Of a stretch of 64,000 nt of DNA, positions 52,401 to 60,912 are shown one piece after another. Within the stretch, counting starts at the first letter, position 1. Each line of letters opens with the position of its first letter. A model generated the notes under the pieces. The model did no database searches, was not told the DNA's origin, and worked only from the letters and a program-made list of their open reading frames with translations. Both the position numbers and the translations under genes were made by a program. The stretch spans positions 3,151,720 to 3,215,719 of the forward strand of contig OZ245030.1 in the NCBI GenBank assembly GCA_965223985.1, in the 5' to 3' direction. This DNA comes from Candidatus Poribacteria bacterium. Its GTDB lineage: Bacteria > Poribacteria > WGA-4E > PCPOR2b.

Positions 52401-55400
52401 GACACAATTGCGGTGGGAGACCCCGCTGAACGCGACGTGACGTTGGACGAGAACCCTTACGTGCTTCGTGCAGCCGCAGTTGACGAGAATGGCACACGAT
52501 ACGAATCGGTGGAGGCGCTCTCGCAGAGTTTCTCGGTCGATAACATTGACGATGTACCGCCGCTCACAGGAACGGCGATTCTTCAAGTTGCGGATGCCGC
52601 AGGCGTTATTGAGGCAATCGAGAGCATCTTTACCGTCGGCGGTATCGTTGACGAGAGCGTAGATGCGCCAGTTGCGATGGTGATGTCAATGCCAATTGCG
52701 GATCCGAACACGTACAGTCGGGTCGATTTGCTGATTAACCGCCGCAATGACGACGGCAGCCTGGGAGACTCTGTGGTTGAGACGGCGTTCGAGATGGGTG
52801 AGGAGAATTACACCACCACGGCTGATGTCTCAACGCTAGAGAACGGCGCGTATCTCTTCCAAGCACTGGCAATGGACGAGGTTGGGAATCAAGAGGTACG
52901 AGATCTCGTGTTAGCGATTTCGGTTGATGTTGCGAACTTCATTCCGCCGCCCGATATCGACCTCAATGGTCAGACGGTTGAGGCAGTCACGGAAGCGTAT
53001 CCGGACGGGTTCCCAATCGCTCGGACGTACGAGCTCGCTGTGACTGGCATTGCGCTTAACGCAGGAGACATCGACGTTCTCGTTGATGGGCGTTCCGCGA
53101 ACGAATTGGGCGCACTCACGGTTACTACGGTTGAGGAAGGGGCGTCGAGCACGTTCGGGCTGGCGATTGACACTACGCTGCTTGAGGAGGGCTTGCACGC
53201 ACTGGATCTACAGGTTACGAAACGCAACGGCAGCATCACGTTTGTTCTGGCGCCGCTGTTTGTAGATAACATCGCGCCCGAGTTGGCAGTGGCTTCGCCG
53301 ATAGCGAACGACGAGGTAAGCGCGTTGCCTTCGATTCATGCAGTATATAATGACGGCGCTGGTGCGGGCATTGAGCTCTCGACAGTGTTGATGAGCATGG
53401 TTCGACTGACGCCGCCGGATATGTCGGCGGTCGAGATTGATGTGAGCCAAGTTATGACAGATTTGACCGACCTGGTCCATACCCGCCGCGATATGCTGCC
53501 GGCTGGCGTATATCGGGTGAGCGTAACGGTGTCCGATATCGTAGACAACGTTAGCAACATGTCGGTTGACTTTACGGTCGTTACGACGTTGCCGTCAGTC
53601 TCAATCCTGTCACCGATGCCGGGTCAAATCCTTGACGTATCGTCGCCGTACATCAGCGCGGTTTACACAGGCATAGGCGCAACCATCACATCGTTCACGC
53701 TTGACGGAGCTGAAGTCGATGATGCGACGATGAGCGACAATCGTTTGGAGTATACGCCTGACGCCTTGGCGGATGGCGACCATACGGCAGCGATTGCAAT
53801 CACGGATGACGAAGGCAATACGATGAGCGACACTGTGAAATTCACGGTAAGGACAGCAGATACGACGCCGCCGCTGATAACGGAGGCGAGTCCGCAAGGA
53901 GTTGTGAAATCTGCGTCCGCTACGCTGTCCGTCGCAGCCTCCGATGAAGAATCCGGGATTGGTAGCGTGTCATACGCCATTGATGACGGTGCAGCGGTTG
54001 ACGGAACGACTCGAAACGTTAGCGGTTTGGCTCCAGGAACTCACACCGTTGCTGCGGTTGTGACAAATGGCGCCGGTCTGTCGAGCACGTTCAATTGGAC
54101 GTTCACCGTTGAATTGGATACGACGCCACCTGTGATTTCGACTGTTGCGCCGCAGGGCGTTATCAAAGAAGCCTCTACCACGGTTTCAGCCGCGGTCGGC
54201 GATGAACAATCGAGTGTCACGCGAGTCACCATGTCGGTAGACGGTGCTGCGGCTAGAACCGCGTCACTACGGGATGGGCGTGTAAGCCGCGTGGTGAGCG
54301 GACTTACCCCTGGAACGCACAATATTACCGTTTCTGCGACGAGCGCTGGCGGTACTGCGACGCATACTTGGAGATTTACGGTTGAACTGGATACCACACC
54401 GCCTGTGATTACCCGTGCTAGACCGCAAGGCGTTATCACGTCAACTTCTGTAACAATTGCGGCAGTGGTGACAGATGAGGAATCTAATGTCACAAGTGTT
54501 ACGATTGCCCTTGACGGCGGCAGAGCTACAGACGTGACACCAGCAGCGAACGGCCCGGTGAACCGTAGGGTGACAGACCTGAATCCCGGTCTGCACGGCA
54601 TAGAACTCGTCGCAACAAGCGCTGGCGGCACCGCGACGCATACTTGGACGTTTAATGTTGACTTGGATACGACCCCGCCGGAGGTTTCGAGTACATCTCC
54701 GCACGGCATTGTGCGCGTGGAACAGCCGCAAATCTCTGTGGCAGCGAGCGATGACCGCGGCGGTATCCTTGCAATCGACATCACCCTTAAAGACAGCGAT
54801 GGTAAAGAGCTCAGCGGTCGAACCGCAGCAAGTTCTGACACAACTTCAGCGACCTTTACACCGTCGGGACGCCTGACGGGGGGGACGTACTCAGTTGATG
54901 CCACCGTGAAAGATAGAAGTCAGAATACGGCATCCGCGAGTTGGAGTTTTACCGTCGAGTTCGATACGGTGCCACCCAGCATCACGGTTGTCGCGCCGCA
55001 GGGCGAGTCCCGGATCGGCGAGGAACGCAGACCGATAATTACGGCGAGCTACACTGATAATGCAGCCGGTGTTGACGCGGATTCCGTGGTACTGATGCTT
55101 GACGGAAACCCGGTCGTTCCGACGGCAGTGTCCACGAGTCAGGTAGTTTACACGCCGCCCGCGGACCTCGATTTCGGTCGGCACACCGTTCGGTTGGAGG
55201 TCTCCGACCTCGCAGCGCCGAACGTGAATACGGCGATGCACGAATGGAGTTTCGTCCTTGAGGACGGTAAGGGACCTGTGTTCCGCGGCGTGCTGCGGAA
55301 TTACCCGAATCCGTTCAAGGATAAAACGAGCGTTTCCTTCACCCTTGCACGTGAATCGACAGTATCCATCGAGATTTACGACATCACGGGTCGGCTTGTC

Positions 55401-55571
55401 AGGGTCTTGGCGCAAGACGAGGTTCGAGAAGCCGGTGGTAATGAATTTCCGTGGGATGGGAAGACATCGACAGGCGAGGTGCTGGCTCGCGGCGTTTACT
55501 TCGGTCAGATAATGGTGACTAGCGAACCGACGCCAGAGTTTATTGTGGTGAGAATGGCGCTGTTGCGCTAG
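46470..55571 (+). CDS. Giant secreted repeat protein (3033 aa): Big-1-like, Cna-B/transthyretin-like, PKD and Ig-like repeats, T9SS-type C-terminal sorting domain
   Basis: GGGAGG RBS then GTG at 46470 and signal peptide. Invasin-like Ig repeats (ADGESTAEITVSIESGDG...DNGDGTYTAVYTAP). About 8 repeats of GTV..DG..V.GV.V.V..........TD.NG.Y.VTFF. A PKD domain (FDASGSTDNVFIDTYVWDYGDGTSGSG...YVVTLTVTD). Six ~95-aa Ig-like repeats (DTTPPVI...PQGVI...). C-terminal CTD NYPNPFKDKTSVSFTL...IEIYDITGRLVRVL...WDGKTSTGEVLARGVYFGQI. Confidence 0.85.
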   Translation: MFNIMSKGKLVWFLILVTLASGLMMSVAQSVHAQSVSLFILNGTLTDADGVALVGYTVEAPIAEESTFGSGVSITDEQGNYSIEYNDLSGRVSVGDSIEVIIKDPDGNVVGETSYTVTSADISPRIGRATHDIAIQMSGLTLDLINVQLPADGESTAEITVSIESGDGPVIGDTVTITADMGSVGEVTDNGDGTYTAVYTAPALVINEPATDTITVSSDTTGDSVTAVITLEPVPTDIRVSVEPSAFIAGSGETGAVSITVNRGGNAVVDADISLVVRRADGGADSGAATDVTNNGDGTYSATFTAPNTAGQIDFSATDAVSGASGMASVNVKAGPAAAISVTAAPTSVSSNGRAVITAAVADASGNGVGGLTLSRTAESGTVGEFSEGSTVGSYSAAYTAGTVEAEGGDTVTVSVDDLSGQVTINLTPVPPKAVEILVITGTVNKQDGTGPVSGVNVEVTVGDMTQPPAQTDSNGNYTVTFFTPGGVAAREGESVTVVVTDDAGEERGRDESVLTREELGEGNSADIERNVNTDILARTTSLVVTGSVFREESEVPIDDVFEITVMNTTRGTEMSGMTDENGMYVLTFFGTDVVAETGDEIVVTASREGSEWSSPPHSLSSEDVEAGRAMVNVPTDIKASALALVVTGKVLFDDGTIAVGAGVTVTSINDGRGLEATGETNADGMYSVTFFTGDVVAETGDVIVVTAVHDGDAVGSTERTLSSAEVDAQRAEGVDVVTSIKASTTTLAVTGTAYYEGSMIPVGGGQTVTVVNNMNGMESTGTTEEDGTFVVTLIAIEGVAAETGDTLTITVTSEADGSGSIEHTLSAMQIDAQRAMVDVPTNIKATSSTFVVSGTAYLEDGVSGAPHDLTVKVMNETQGINAEGVTVPGGGYIVTFLETDAAAVKTADELTFDVLVMAADETPVGETSVTLSSADVVAQRIDGIDITTSLRADPTNEFVVYGTVRDPSGNIVGAGVKVRVTLGEQAAREQETEADGSYQETFFMPGETDASVYDTVVIQAVDRSTGDSAFESMQLASHHVLAKRLMFNVMLVPDDEPPVAVAAVSQRFLDTEEVSTFDASGSTDNVFIDTYVWDYGDGTSGSGAKTTHAYDRAGLYVVTLTVTDLARNATTVSREIFVSTVRLGGISINTRHAREVLDQIIGLAIAKTDLAQQMGTEALLQMMRANPAIQAAVAEAIGGALPPGLIPMQLLRENLPLIFEQYENIDLENFGNAVTARVDASGGILGSATPGFGRVVTGEKLDLYLATPRADVGSVTFRFDEATTDADEVIDSLPHTFQLEEEQAILLLPSWPGVRDGMDGVFSTVTLMLASEELPSAYHNLISRNAWSYRETSDYQAASMSPRTINGKIVWDVQADIEPGKIYYYYYAVELAYPVTLNLGEGQESMELSQYALPDPRNLQIQDRGIAEAVFTPELQEAIAPLLNPILAGIISGQAVTFEDVIASVTPEAWVNLLGAALNSATPLLEEISMTMDTQMISVFTVPLVNEAQSLWHTSIDLSVFPDGVHTIDANAFDSLGIQIDNRPVFGKTFTLDRTAPVYDVSAAPAQNSSMYMRDDGVLIATGLPPAGEGSPMATLQLMSSPNGDVSDAAEGLYQIIRHSDDAVEQASQTWVNIFASELAPMFQGLTPEDITAFLVTFPNLATLNAPLSLDAPGIETFLPEQMEMLIRGANSQPELIVGEYGLRFIARDSVFNMSTDTAPIRLNIVPPDADTAMVVRISLGDCNGDGDSDDLYETGAPADMILFSDTPNVVLTAEIMKQVHPITSILFQYRMGDEGEWMDVGTLDADMVAGAAVGSQYDAAWSIDNLGAMIQAGMPVMVRAVVTNALSISDTEAGEAAIAVKDHPCPIETEVHDLAHSVTDRNPDSNAPLGAIMLQAITRELTSPPSMSVVFEARRMQGEEWMSVGETAIADSVVEESITDALEEVLEEVIDGEQTAVLVPTRRVWSFELDSTTLEDTIAVGDPAERDVTLDENPYVLRAAAVDENGTRYESVEALSQSFSVDNIDDVPPLTGTAILQVADAAGVIEAIESIFTVGGIVDESVDAPVAMVMSMPIADPNTYSRVDLLINRRNDDGSLGDSVVETAFEMGEENYTTTADVSTLENGAYLFQALAMDEVGNQEVRDLVLAISVDVANFIPPPDIDLNGQTVEAVTEAYPDGFPIARTYELAVTGIALNAGDIDVLVDGRSANELGALTVTTVEEGASSTFGLAIDTTLLEEGLHALDLQVTKRNGSITFVLAPLFVDNIAPELAVASPIANDEVSALPSIHAVYNDGAGAGIELSTVLMSMVRLTPPDMSAVEIDVSQVMTDLTDLVHTRRDMLPAGVYRVSVTVSDIVDNVSNMSVDFTVVTTLPSVSILSPMPGQILDVSSPYISAVYTGIGATITSFTLDGAEVDDATMSDNRLEYTPDALADGDHTAAIAITDDEGNTMSDTVKFTVRTADTTPPLITEASPQGVVKSASATLSVAASDEESGIGSVSYAIDDGAAVDGTTRNVSGLAPGTHTVAAVVTNGAGLSSTFNWTFTVELDTTPPVISTVAPQGVIKEASTTVSAAVGDEQSSVTRVTMSVDGAAARTASLRDGRVSRVVSGLTPGTHNITVSATSAGGTATHTWRFTVELDTTPPVITRARPQGVITSTSVTIAAVVTDEESNVTSVTIALDGGRATDVTPAANGPVNRRVTDLNPGLHGIELVATSAGGTATHTWTFNVDLDTTPPEVSSTSPHGIVRVEQPQISVAASDDRGGILAIDITLKDSDGKELSGRTAASSDTTSATFTPSGRLTGGTYSVDATVKDRSQNTASASWSFTVEFDTVPPSITVVAPQGESRIGEERRPIITASYTDNAAGVDADSVVLMLDGNPVVPTAVSTSQVVYTPPADLDFGRHTVRLEVSDLAAPNVNTAMHEWSFVLEDGKGPVFRGVLRNYPNPFKDKTSVSFTLARESTVSIEIYDITGRLVRVLAQDEVREAGGNEFPWDGKTSTGEVLARGVYFGQIMVTSEPTPEFIVVRMALLR

Positions 55572-55671
55572 TAATCCGAAAGGATTCGTTGGTGATTATG
55601 GGAATGGGTAGATGCCATTCCCGTAATCACCATAATGAACAGTAGATACGCAATACGTTAAGGAGGAGAAC

Positions 55672-56610
55672 ATGTTTCAAGGGAAGCACAAGTTGTTTTA
55701 TAGCGGAGTAGCGTTTATGGCGCTCTTACTCGCCATAGCGCCGATGTGTCTCGCTAGCGGCAACGCCGCCCCATATCTACGCGATGGCGTTGGCGCACGG
55801 TCGATCGGTCTAGGCGGCGCTTTCACAGCCATCGCCGACGATGCAACCTCCACAATCTGGAATCCTGCGGGCTTACCGGCGACTGAGACTCTAGATTTCA
55901 CACTGTCACGGGTGCCTATGGCGTTCGATAGCACAAAGAACTTCATGGCGATCGTAAAAGGGTTAGGCGAGAAAAGCTCGATAGGTTTTTCGTGGATGAA
56001 TGTTGGCGTTGACGATATCATGGAGGTCAGCGCGGACAACGACATCACGGGTAGACGCTTTAACTACGATTCGAATGCGTTGGCGTTATCGTTCGGACAT
56101 GCGCTGGAGAGTTTTAATCTTGGGGCGAGTGTGCGCGTGCTATCCGATGCGGTTGGACTGGATGCCTTCGATGGTGTGACGAGTTTTGGCGGCGTGGATG
56201 TGGGTATGTTGGCGCGACCCGGTACATCGTTGAGCTACGGCTTGGCGGTAAGAAATATCGGCGGTACGGTCGGTGACGAGAGCGTTCCCATAATCGTGGG
56301 TGCTGGCGTTGCGTACCATCTGTTGCAAGGGGACCGTGCGACGGTTGCAGTTGATATCGAGCACGAAATCGGCATTTTGGATGAGAGTCCGACAAGCGTT
56401 CGTATGGGTACGGAATATCGAATTGCGCGAACCTTCGCGGTACGCGGCGGTACACAGGTGTCCAAAGATCGTCAAGCTCTGTTTGTTGGGTTTGGAGTTG
56501 ACGTTGGCGCGCTCCAGCTTGATTATGCGCTAAAAGCGGGCGAACGTGCGACTCGCAGCTTGCAAGACGCCGGCGAAACGCATTATATTTCACTGTCTTA
56601 CGGTTATTAA
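55672..56610 (+). CDS. FadL-family outer-membrane beta-barrel protein, PorV/PorQ-like (T9SS-associated), paralog of the 14949-15905 gene
   Basis: Signal peptide, hatch motif GARSIGLGGAFTAIADDATSTIWNPAGL, beta-strand-rich body ending with an aromatic residue (SLSYGY). Encoded 100 nt downstream of the giant CTD cargo gene. Confidence 0.65.
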   Translation: MFQGKHKLFYSGVAFMALLLAIAPMCLASGNAAPYLRDGVGARSIGLGGAFTAIADDATSTIWNPAGLPATETLDFTLSRVPMAFDSTKNFMAIVKGLGEKSSIGFSWMNVGVDDIMEVSADNDITGRRFNYDSNALALSFGHALESFNLGASVRVLSDAVGLDAFDGVTSFGGVDVGMLARPGTSLSYGLAVRNIGGTVGDESVPIIVGAGVAYHLLQGDRATVAVDIEHEIGILDESPTSVRMGTEYRIARTFAVRGGTQVSKDRQALFVGFGVDVGALQLDYALKAGERATRSLQDAGETHYISLSYGY

Positions 56611-56717
56611 ATCATTATTAGACGCAAGCGAATTTCATCGCAACTCGGCGTGAAAGGCGAGCTTACGTTTTTATATAACAAATCATTCAATGTATTCAAG
56701 CAAGAGGAGAAAGCCCG

Positions 56718-57614
56718 ATGAAGATGATGAGATCCACCTTTAGCTTGGCGCTTATTCTTTATCTTTGTGTTTTTTTGACGGGTGCGCCGTTCGTACTGAC
56801 CGCTACCGCAAAGATGACGCCGATAGACGTGGATGAAGCAACGATGATGTACGAGATTAAAAAGGGCGATACGCTCTGGCATCTCGCCAAGAATTATCGA
56901 AATGATGCGCTGTTGTGGATGGAATTTAAGAAATATAACATCTTTACTAATCCGGATCTGATTTATCCGAAAGAAATGCTGCAGGTTAAGAGCGGTTGGG
57001 GGTTCCCCGGCGACGAGCCGCCAATGATGGAAGAGGAGGAGACGGCAATGATGGAGGAGATGCCGTCCGAAATGGACCTCCTCAAGATGAGCATGGATGA
57101 GAAATTGGATTCATTGTCAAAGATGGTCATGAAACTCAAGCATAAGGCAGGTGAGTCGGACAAACATCACAAGATGGTTGGTGATAAGGTCAGTAAAATC
57201 AAGGGTATGCTTAAAGCGCATAACAAAGCGCATGACAAAGCGCTTAAAGGACTTAACGGCGCTATGATGTCGCACGCCGAAGAGACCAAGATGGGGCTGT
57301 CTAAGGTGAAGGGCAAAATTAAGGACTTGAACAAGGACCTGAACGCAAGGGCAGACAGGTTGCACGAGCACCAGGAAAAGACGATGAAGATGCTCGGTGA
57401 GACCACAGAAGCCATGAACAGCGAATTCGCAAAGAATGAAAAGCGAGTCAACGACCTCCAAGCGGGCGTGGATAAAATCGACTCGGAACTTCAGCAACGG
57501 AGTGGTGAATACAGGGATTCGACTAAGGCAGAGCGGACGTTGGGCGCACTAGCCGTCTTGGTTGGCGGGATAGCAGTGTTTACGCTGAATTCGCTCGGTG
57601 GGTCATTAGACTAA
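56718..57614 (+). CDS. LysM-domain coiled-coil protein with a C-terminal TM anchor
   Basis: Signal/TM, then a LysM motif (YEIKKGDTLWHLAKNYRNDALLWMEFKKYNIFTNPDLIYPKEMLQV), a Met/Glu-rich linker, a long Lys-rich coiled coil, and a terminal hydrophobic helix LGALAVLVGGIAVFTL. Confidence 0.65.
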   Translation: MKMMRSTFSLALILYLCVFLTGAPFVLTATAKMTPIDVDEATMMYEIKKGDTLWHLAKNYRNDALLWMEFKKYNIFTNPDLIYPKEMLQVKSGWGFPGDEPPMMEEEETAMMEEMPSEMDLLKMSMDEKLDSLSKMVMKLKHKAGESDKHHKMVGDKVSKIKGMLKAHNKAHDKALKGLNGAMMSHAEETKMGLSKVKGKIKDLNKDLNARADRLHEHQEKTMKMLGETTEAMNSEFAKNEKRVNDLQAGVDKIDSELQQRSGEYRDSTKAERTLGALAVLVGGIAVFTLNSLGGSLD

Positions 57615-57741
57615 AACGGAACCATTAAACCAGTTATAATAGGCAGGGACGGCGCACGAGAAATCCGTTATTGGATTTGTTCGGGCGCATTGTCCCTGCT
57701 TTTTTTTACCTATTGCGCGGCTCCAAGGTGAGAACGAAGCG

Positions 57742-58332
57742 ATGGATTCAGCAGGGATGCAGCGGACTATTGGCAAGTTTATCGAGCTCTACGGCGACCG
57801 CACGGGCAAGATGGGCGATGGGATTCACGGGGGGTTCGCGTGGGTGCGCGACGCAAAGTTCGTGTTGCTGGCGTCGCGCGGTACTGACGTCGGAAATGCG
57901 GGGGATTGGCGGCGACTCTCCCGGCTAGTGGGACTTGCCGGTCACCTTCACCGTCCGGTGCTTCTGTGGGATCTACCGCTCCAGATTGCCGCGTCGAAAT
58001 TGGAGCCCGATGCGTTGGAGATTAACGAGGCAATCCACAGCGGAAAATTGATGTTGTTAAAGGTGCGATTGCCCATCATTAGCGTGTTTGAAAGCCGTTT
58101 TCCGGTTCTACTCCAATCTGAGTTGGCGTTGGTGGAGGGTGCGGTAATTGTGTCTGACAATCCAGCTATTATTCCATCCATGGGGAATCCTCTGTCACCG
58201 ATCGCGGCTGTAAAGTCAGGGACGCATGACCTTAGCAAAACGATTTTGGCACTTCTTGACAGGGCTTCGCAAATCGCCGCCGACAATTTTGAACAGCGGC
58301 GCATTGAGCGAAGTCGGCAGATTACTATGTAA
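57742..58332 (+). CDS. Carboxyltransferase (AccA)-like domain protein, short and probably degenerate
   Basis: FIELYGDRTGKMGDGIHGGFAWVRDAKFVLLASRG parallels the AccA motif F.ELHGDR...DD.AIVGG.ARL.GRPV. At 196 aa it is shorter than AccA and no GGSGGAL-type oxyanion motif was found. Confidence 0.4.
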   Translation: MDSAGMQRTIGKFIELYGDRTGKMGDGIHGGFAWVRDAKFVLLASRGTDVGNAGDWRRLSRLVGLAGHLHRPVLLWDLPLQIAASKLEPDALEINEAIHSGKLMLLKVRLPIISVFESRFPVLLQSELALVEGAVIVSDNPAIIPSMGNPLSPIAAVKSGTHDLSKTILALLDRASQIAADNFEQRRIERSRQITM

Positions 58333-58428
58333 ATTGATTGATTTCCGGGGTCGTTTCTGTTACTCTAGTTGGCGAACTTCGAGCGACGTATACGAAATTG
58401 TAAAGGCGATGATGGTGGAATACCTCTC

Positions 58429-59064
58429 ATGCTAGAACGTAAGTTCCGAGGAAAGTTCAGCGCGTTTCTTGCGCTCGTTGCGCGGAAGTTGGTTTCGATC
58501 GGCGTTACGGCGAATATGATGACCTTGATTGGGTTTTGCGTTAATGTGGTTGCGGCAGTGTTTCTGGCGACTGGACGGTTGGTGCTGGCTGGGGTGCTTA
58601 TCCTGTTGGGCGGTATATTCGATATGATGGATGGCGCTGTGGCCCGCGTGGCGCCGAAGTCTAACGCGTCGGGCGCGTTGCTGGATTCGGTCATCGACCG
58701 CTACTCAGAGGGCGCGGTCTTTTTAGGGGCACTCATCTATTTTTATACCCACAGCAATTTATTTGGGGTTATCCTCGTCTTCGCCGCGATGATAGGTTCC
58801 ATCCTCGTGAGTTACGTCCGCGCCCGTGCGGAAGGGCTGCGAATCGAATGCAAGGTCGGATTCATGCAGCGACCTGAGCGGATTGCGCTCTTGGCGTTCG
58901 GTACGCTATTGCAGGGTGTGCTCAGCGTACATTTCGCCGTTGTCCAGTCTACCGCGTTGGTTCTCACCGGTGTTATTGCAATTCTCGCCATTACCTCCCA
59001 CATCACCGCCGTCCATCGGCTCGTTTTCTCTCTTTACGAATTGAGTAATCGTTCGCGCTTGTAG
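58429..59064 (+). CDS. CDP-alcohol phosphatidyltransferase family protein
   Basis: Signature D-G-x2-A-R-x8-G-x3-D-x3-D present as DMMDGAVARVAPKSNASGALLDSVIDRYSE; multiple TM helices. Confidence 0.75.
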   Translation: MLERKFRGKFSAFLALVARKLVSIGVTANMMTLIGFCVNVVAAVFLATGRLVLAGVLILLGGIFDMMDGAVARVAPKSNASGALLDSVIDRYSEGAVFLGALIYFYTHSNLFGVILVFAAMIGSILVSYVRARAEGLRIECKVGFMQRPERIALLAFGTLLQGVLSVHFAVVQSTALVLTGVIAILAITSHITAVHRLVFSLYELSNRSRL

Positions 59065-60900
59065 GTTTGGGCTGAGGGATGAATCCAGGGACTATCGCCT
59101 AACATCCCTATCGAGGTCGCTATCGTGCTCCCTTGATCTATTCGCTACTTTGATCCCTACCCAACCTACAAGTACTATGCACGCATCCCGGGCGGCGGAC
59201 CGAACAATCAGCGGTTGAATGTTTTTGAGATGTCCCGGGAGCCAATCGGCGAACATCAACAACAGAGCGATTGAAACATGAAAAGGCAAGTTTAGGATTT
59301 GGAACCGTGCAATGGTGTCAGAATTTGTTGGGAATGCGGGAGGTTTCAAAAACTACAAAAGCTACCCAACCTACAGTAACTTTATGAATTGAGAAATCGT
59401 TCACGCTTGGACATTGGGTGAAGCGGAGAAAGGAGGGACTATCGCCTTCGTTATTCACTCAGTTGATCCCTACCCAACCTACAAATACAAGAGGAGTGAC
59501 GGTGAAGAAGATAGGTCGAGTTATTGTAGGTTGGGTAGAGCGGATTTGATGTAATACAGGAAGTGTTTTGGAGCGGTCAGTGTGTTGACTTTGTTTGGTA
59601 AATGTTATGATGCAGCGAAACCCAACGTTTTTGAAAGGTCCGGACAGCCAACCGGCTCTAATGAACCCCACCAGCGTGGAAAACAAGAACAAAAGCCAAT
59701 AACAGCGGTTTATTGCGATTGGTATGTATTTGGATTGCGGGAGTGTTTTGTAGTTTTCGTTGAGGGATGAATCCAGGGACTATCGCCTAACATCGGTATG
59801 CAGAACTACAAAGACTATCGCAGTCGCTATTCGCTCCCTTGATCGCTCAGTTGTTCGTTGGCTTAACCCAACCTACACGAACTTTATGAATTGAGAAATC
59901 GTTAGCGCTTGTAGGTTTGGGTTGATGGATGAATCCAGGGACTATCGCCTTCGCTCATTGCTCAGTTGATCGCTCTACCCAACCTACAAGTACTATGCAC
60001 GCATCCCGGACGGCGGACCGAACAATCAGCGGTTGAATGTTTTTGAGATGTCCCGGGAGCCAATCGGCGAACATCAACAACAGAGCGATTGAAACATGAA
60101 AAGGCAAGTTTAGGATTTGGAACCGTGCAATGGTGTCAGAATTTGTTGGGAATGCGGGAGGTTTCAAAAACGTTGGGTTTCGCTCCGTGAACATTGCCAA
60201 GGTCATCGCTCGGAAATTAGGACGGTGTATGGGGACAGGAACGGTTTTGGAATTATCCGCTCTACCCAACCTACAAATACAAGAGGAGTGACGGTGAAGA
60301 AGATTGGTGGAGTTATTGTAGGTTGGGTAGAGCGGATTTGATGTAACACAGGAAGTGTTTTGAAGCGGTCAGTGTGTTGAATTTGTTTGGTAAATGTTAT
60401 GATGCAGCGAAACCCAACGTTTTTGAAAGGTCCGGACAGCCAACCGGCTCTAATGAACCCCACCAGCGTGGAAAACAAGAACAAAAGCCAATAAAAGCGG
60501 TTTATTGCGATTGGTATGTATTTGGATTGCGGGAGGTTGCAAAAGCGTTGGGTTTCGCTCCGCGAACATTGCCAAGGTCATCGCTCGGAAATTAGGACGG
60601 TGTAAGGGGGCAGGAACGGTTTTGGAATTATCCGCTCTACCCAACCTACAAAAGCTACCCAACCTACAGTAACTTTATGAATTGAGTAATTGTTCACGCT
60701 TGGACATTGGGTGAAGCGGAGAAAGCAGGGACTATCGCCTAACATCGGTATGCAGAATTACAAAGACTATCGCAGTCGCTATTCGCTCCCTTGATCCCTC
60801 GCTATTCGCTCAGTTGATCGCTACACAAACTACAAGAACTGCTTAACCCAACCTACAAAAGCTATAAAAGCTAAGTTGATTTTAACCCAAACTATGCAGC
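59065..60900. repeat. REP/MITE-like repeat cluster with a ~870-bp internal duplication, immediately upstream of membrane-protein paralog 2
   Basis: Repeated blocks ggatgaatccagggactatcgcc..., ctacccaacctacaagtactatgcacgcatcccgg...cgggaggtttcaaaaacgttgggtttcgct, gcagcgaaacccaacgtttttgaaaggtccgga...; 59083-59590 and 59950-60460 are near-identical. Confidence 0.7.
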
Positions 60901-60912
60901 GGGGCATTTTTT

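Noticed and set aside
54041-54904. 287-aa and other antisense ORFs inside the giant genes (e.g. 47900-48622, 48734-49339, 44180-44875)
   Set aside because: They are antisense to long, domain-rich coding sequence and their Ser/Thr/Val/Ala-rich low-complexity translations are typical of repeat-gene antisense frames.
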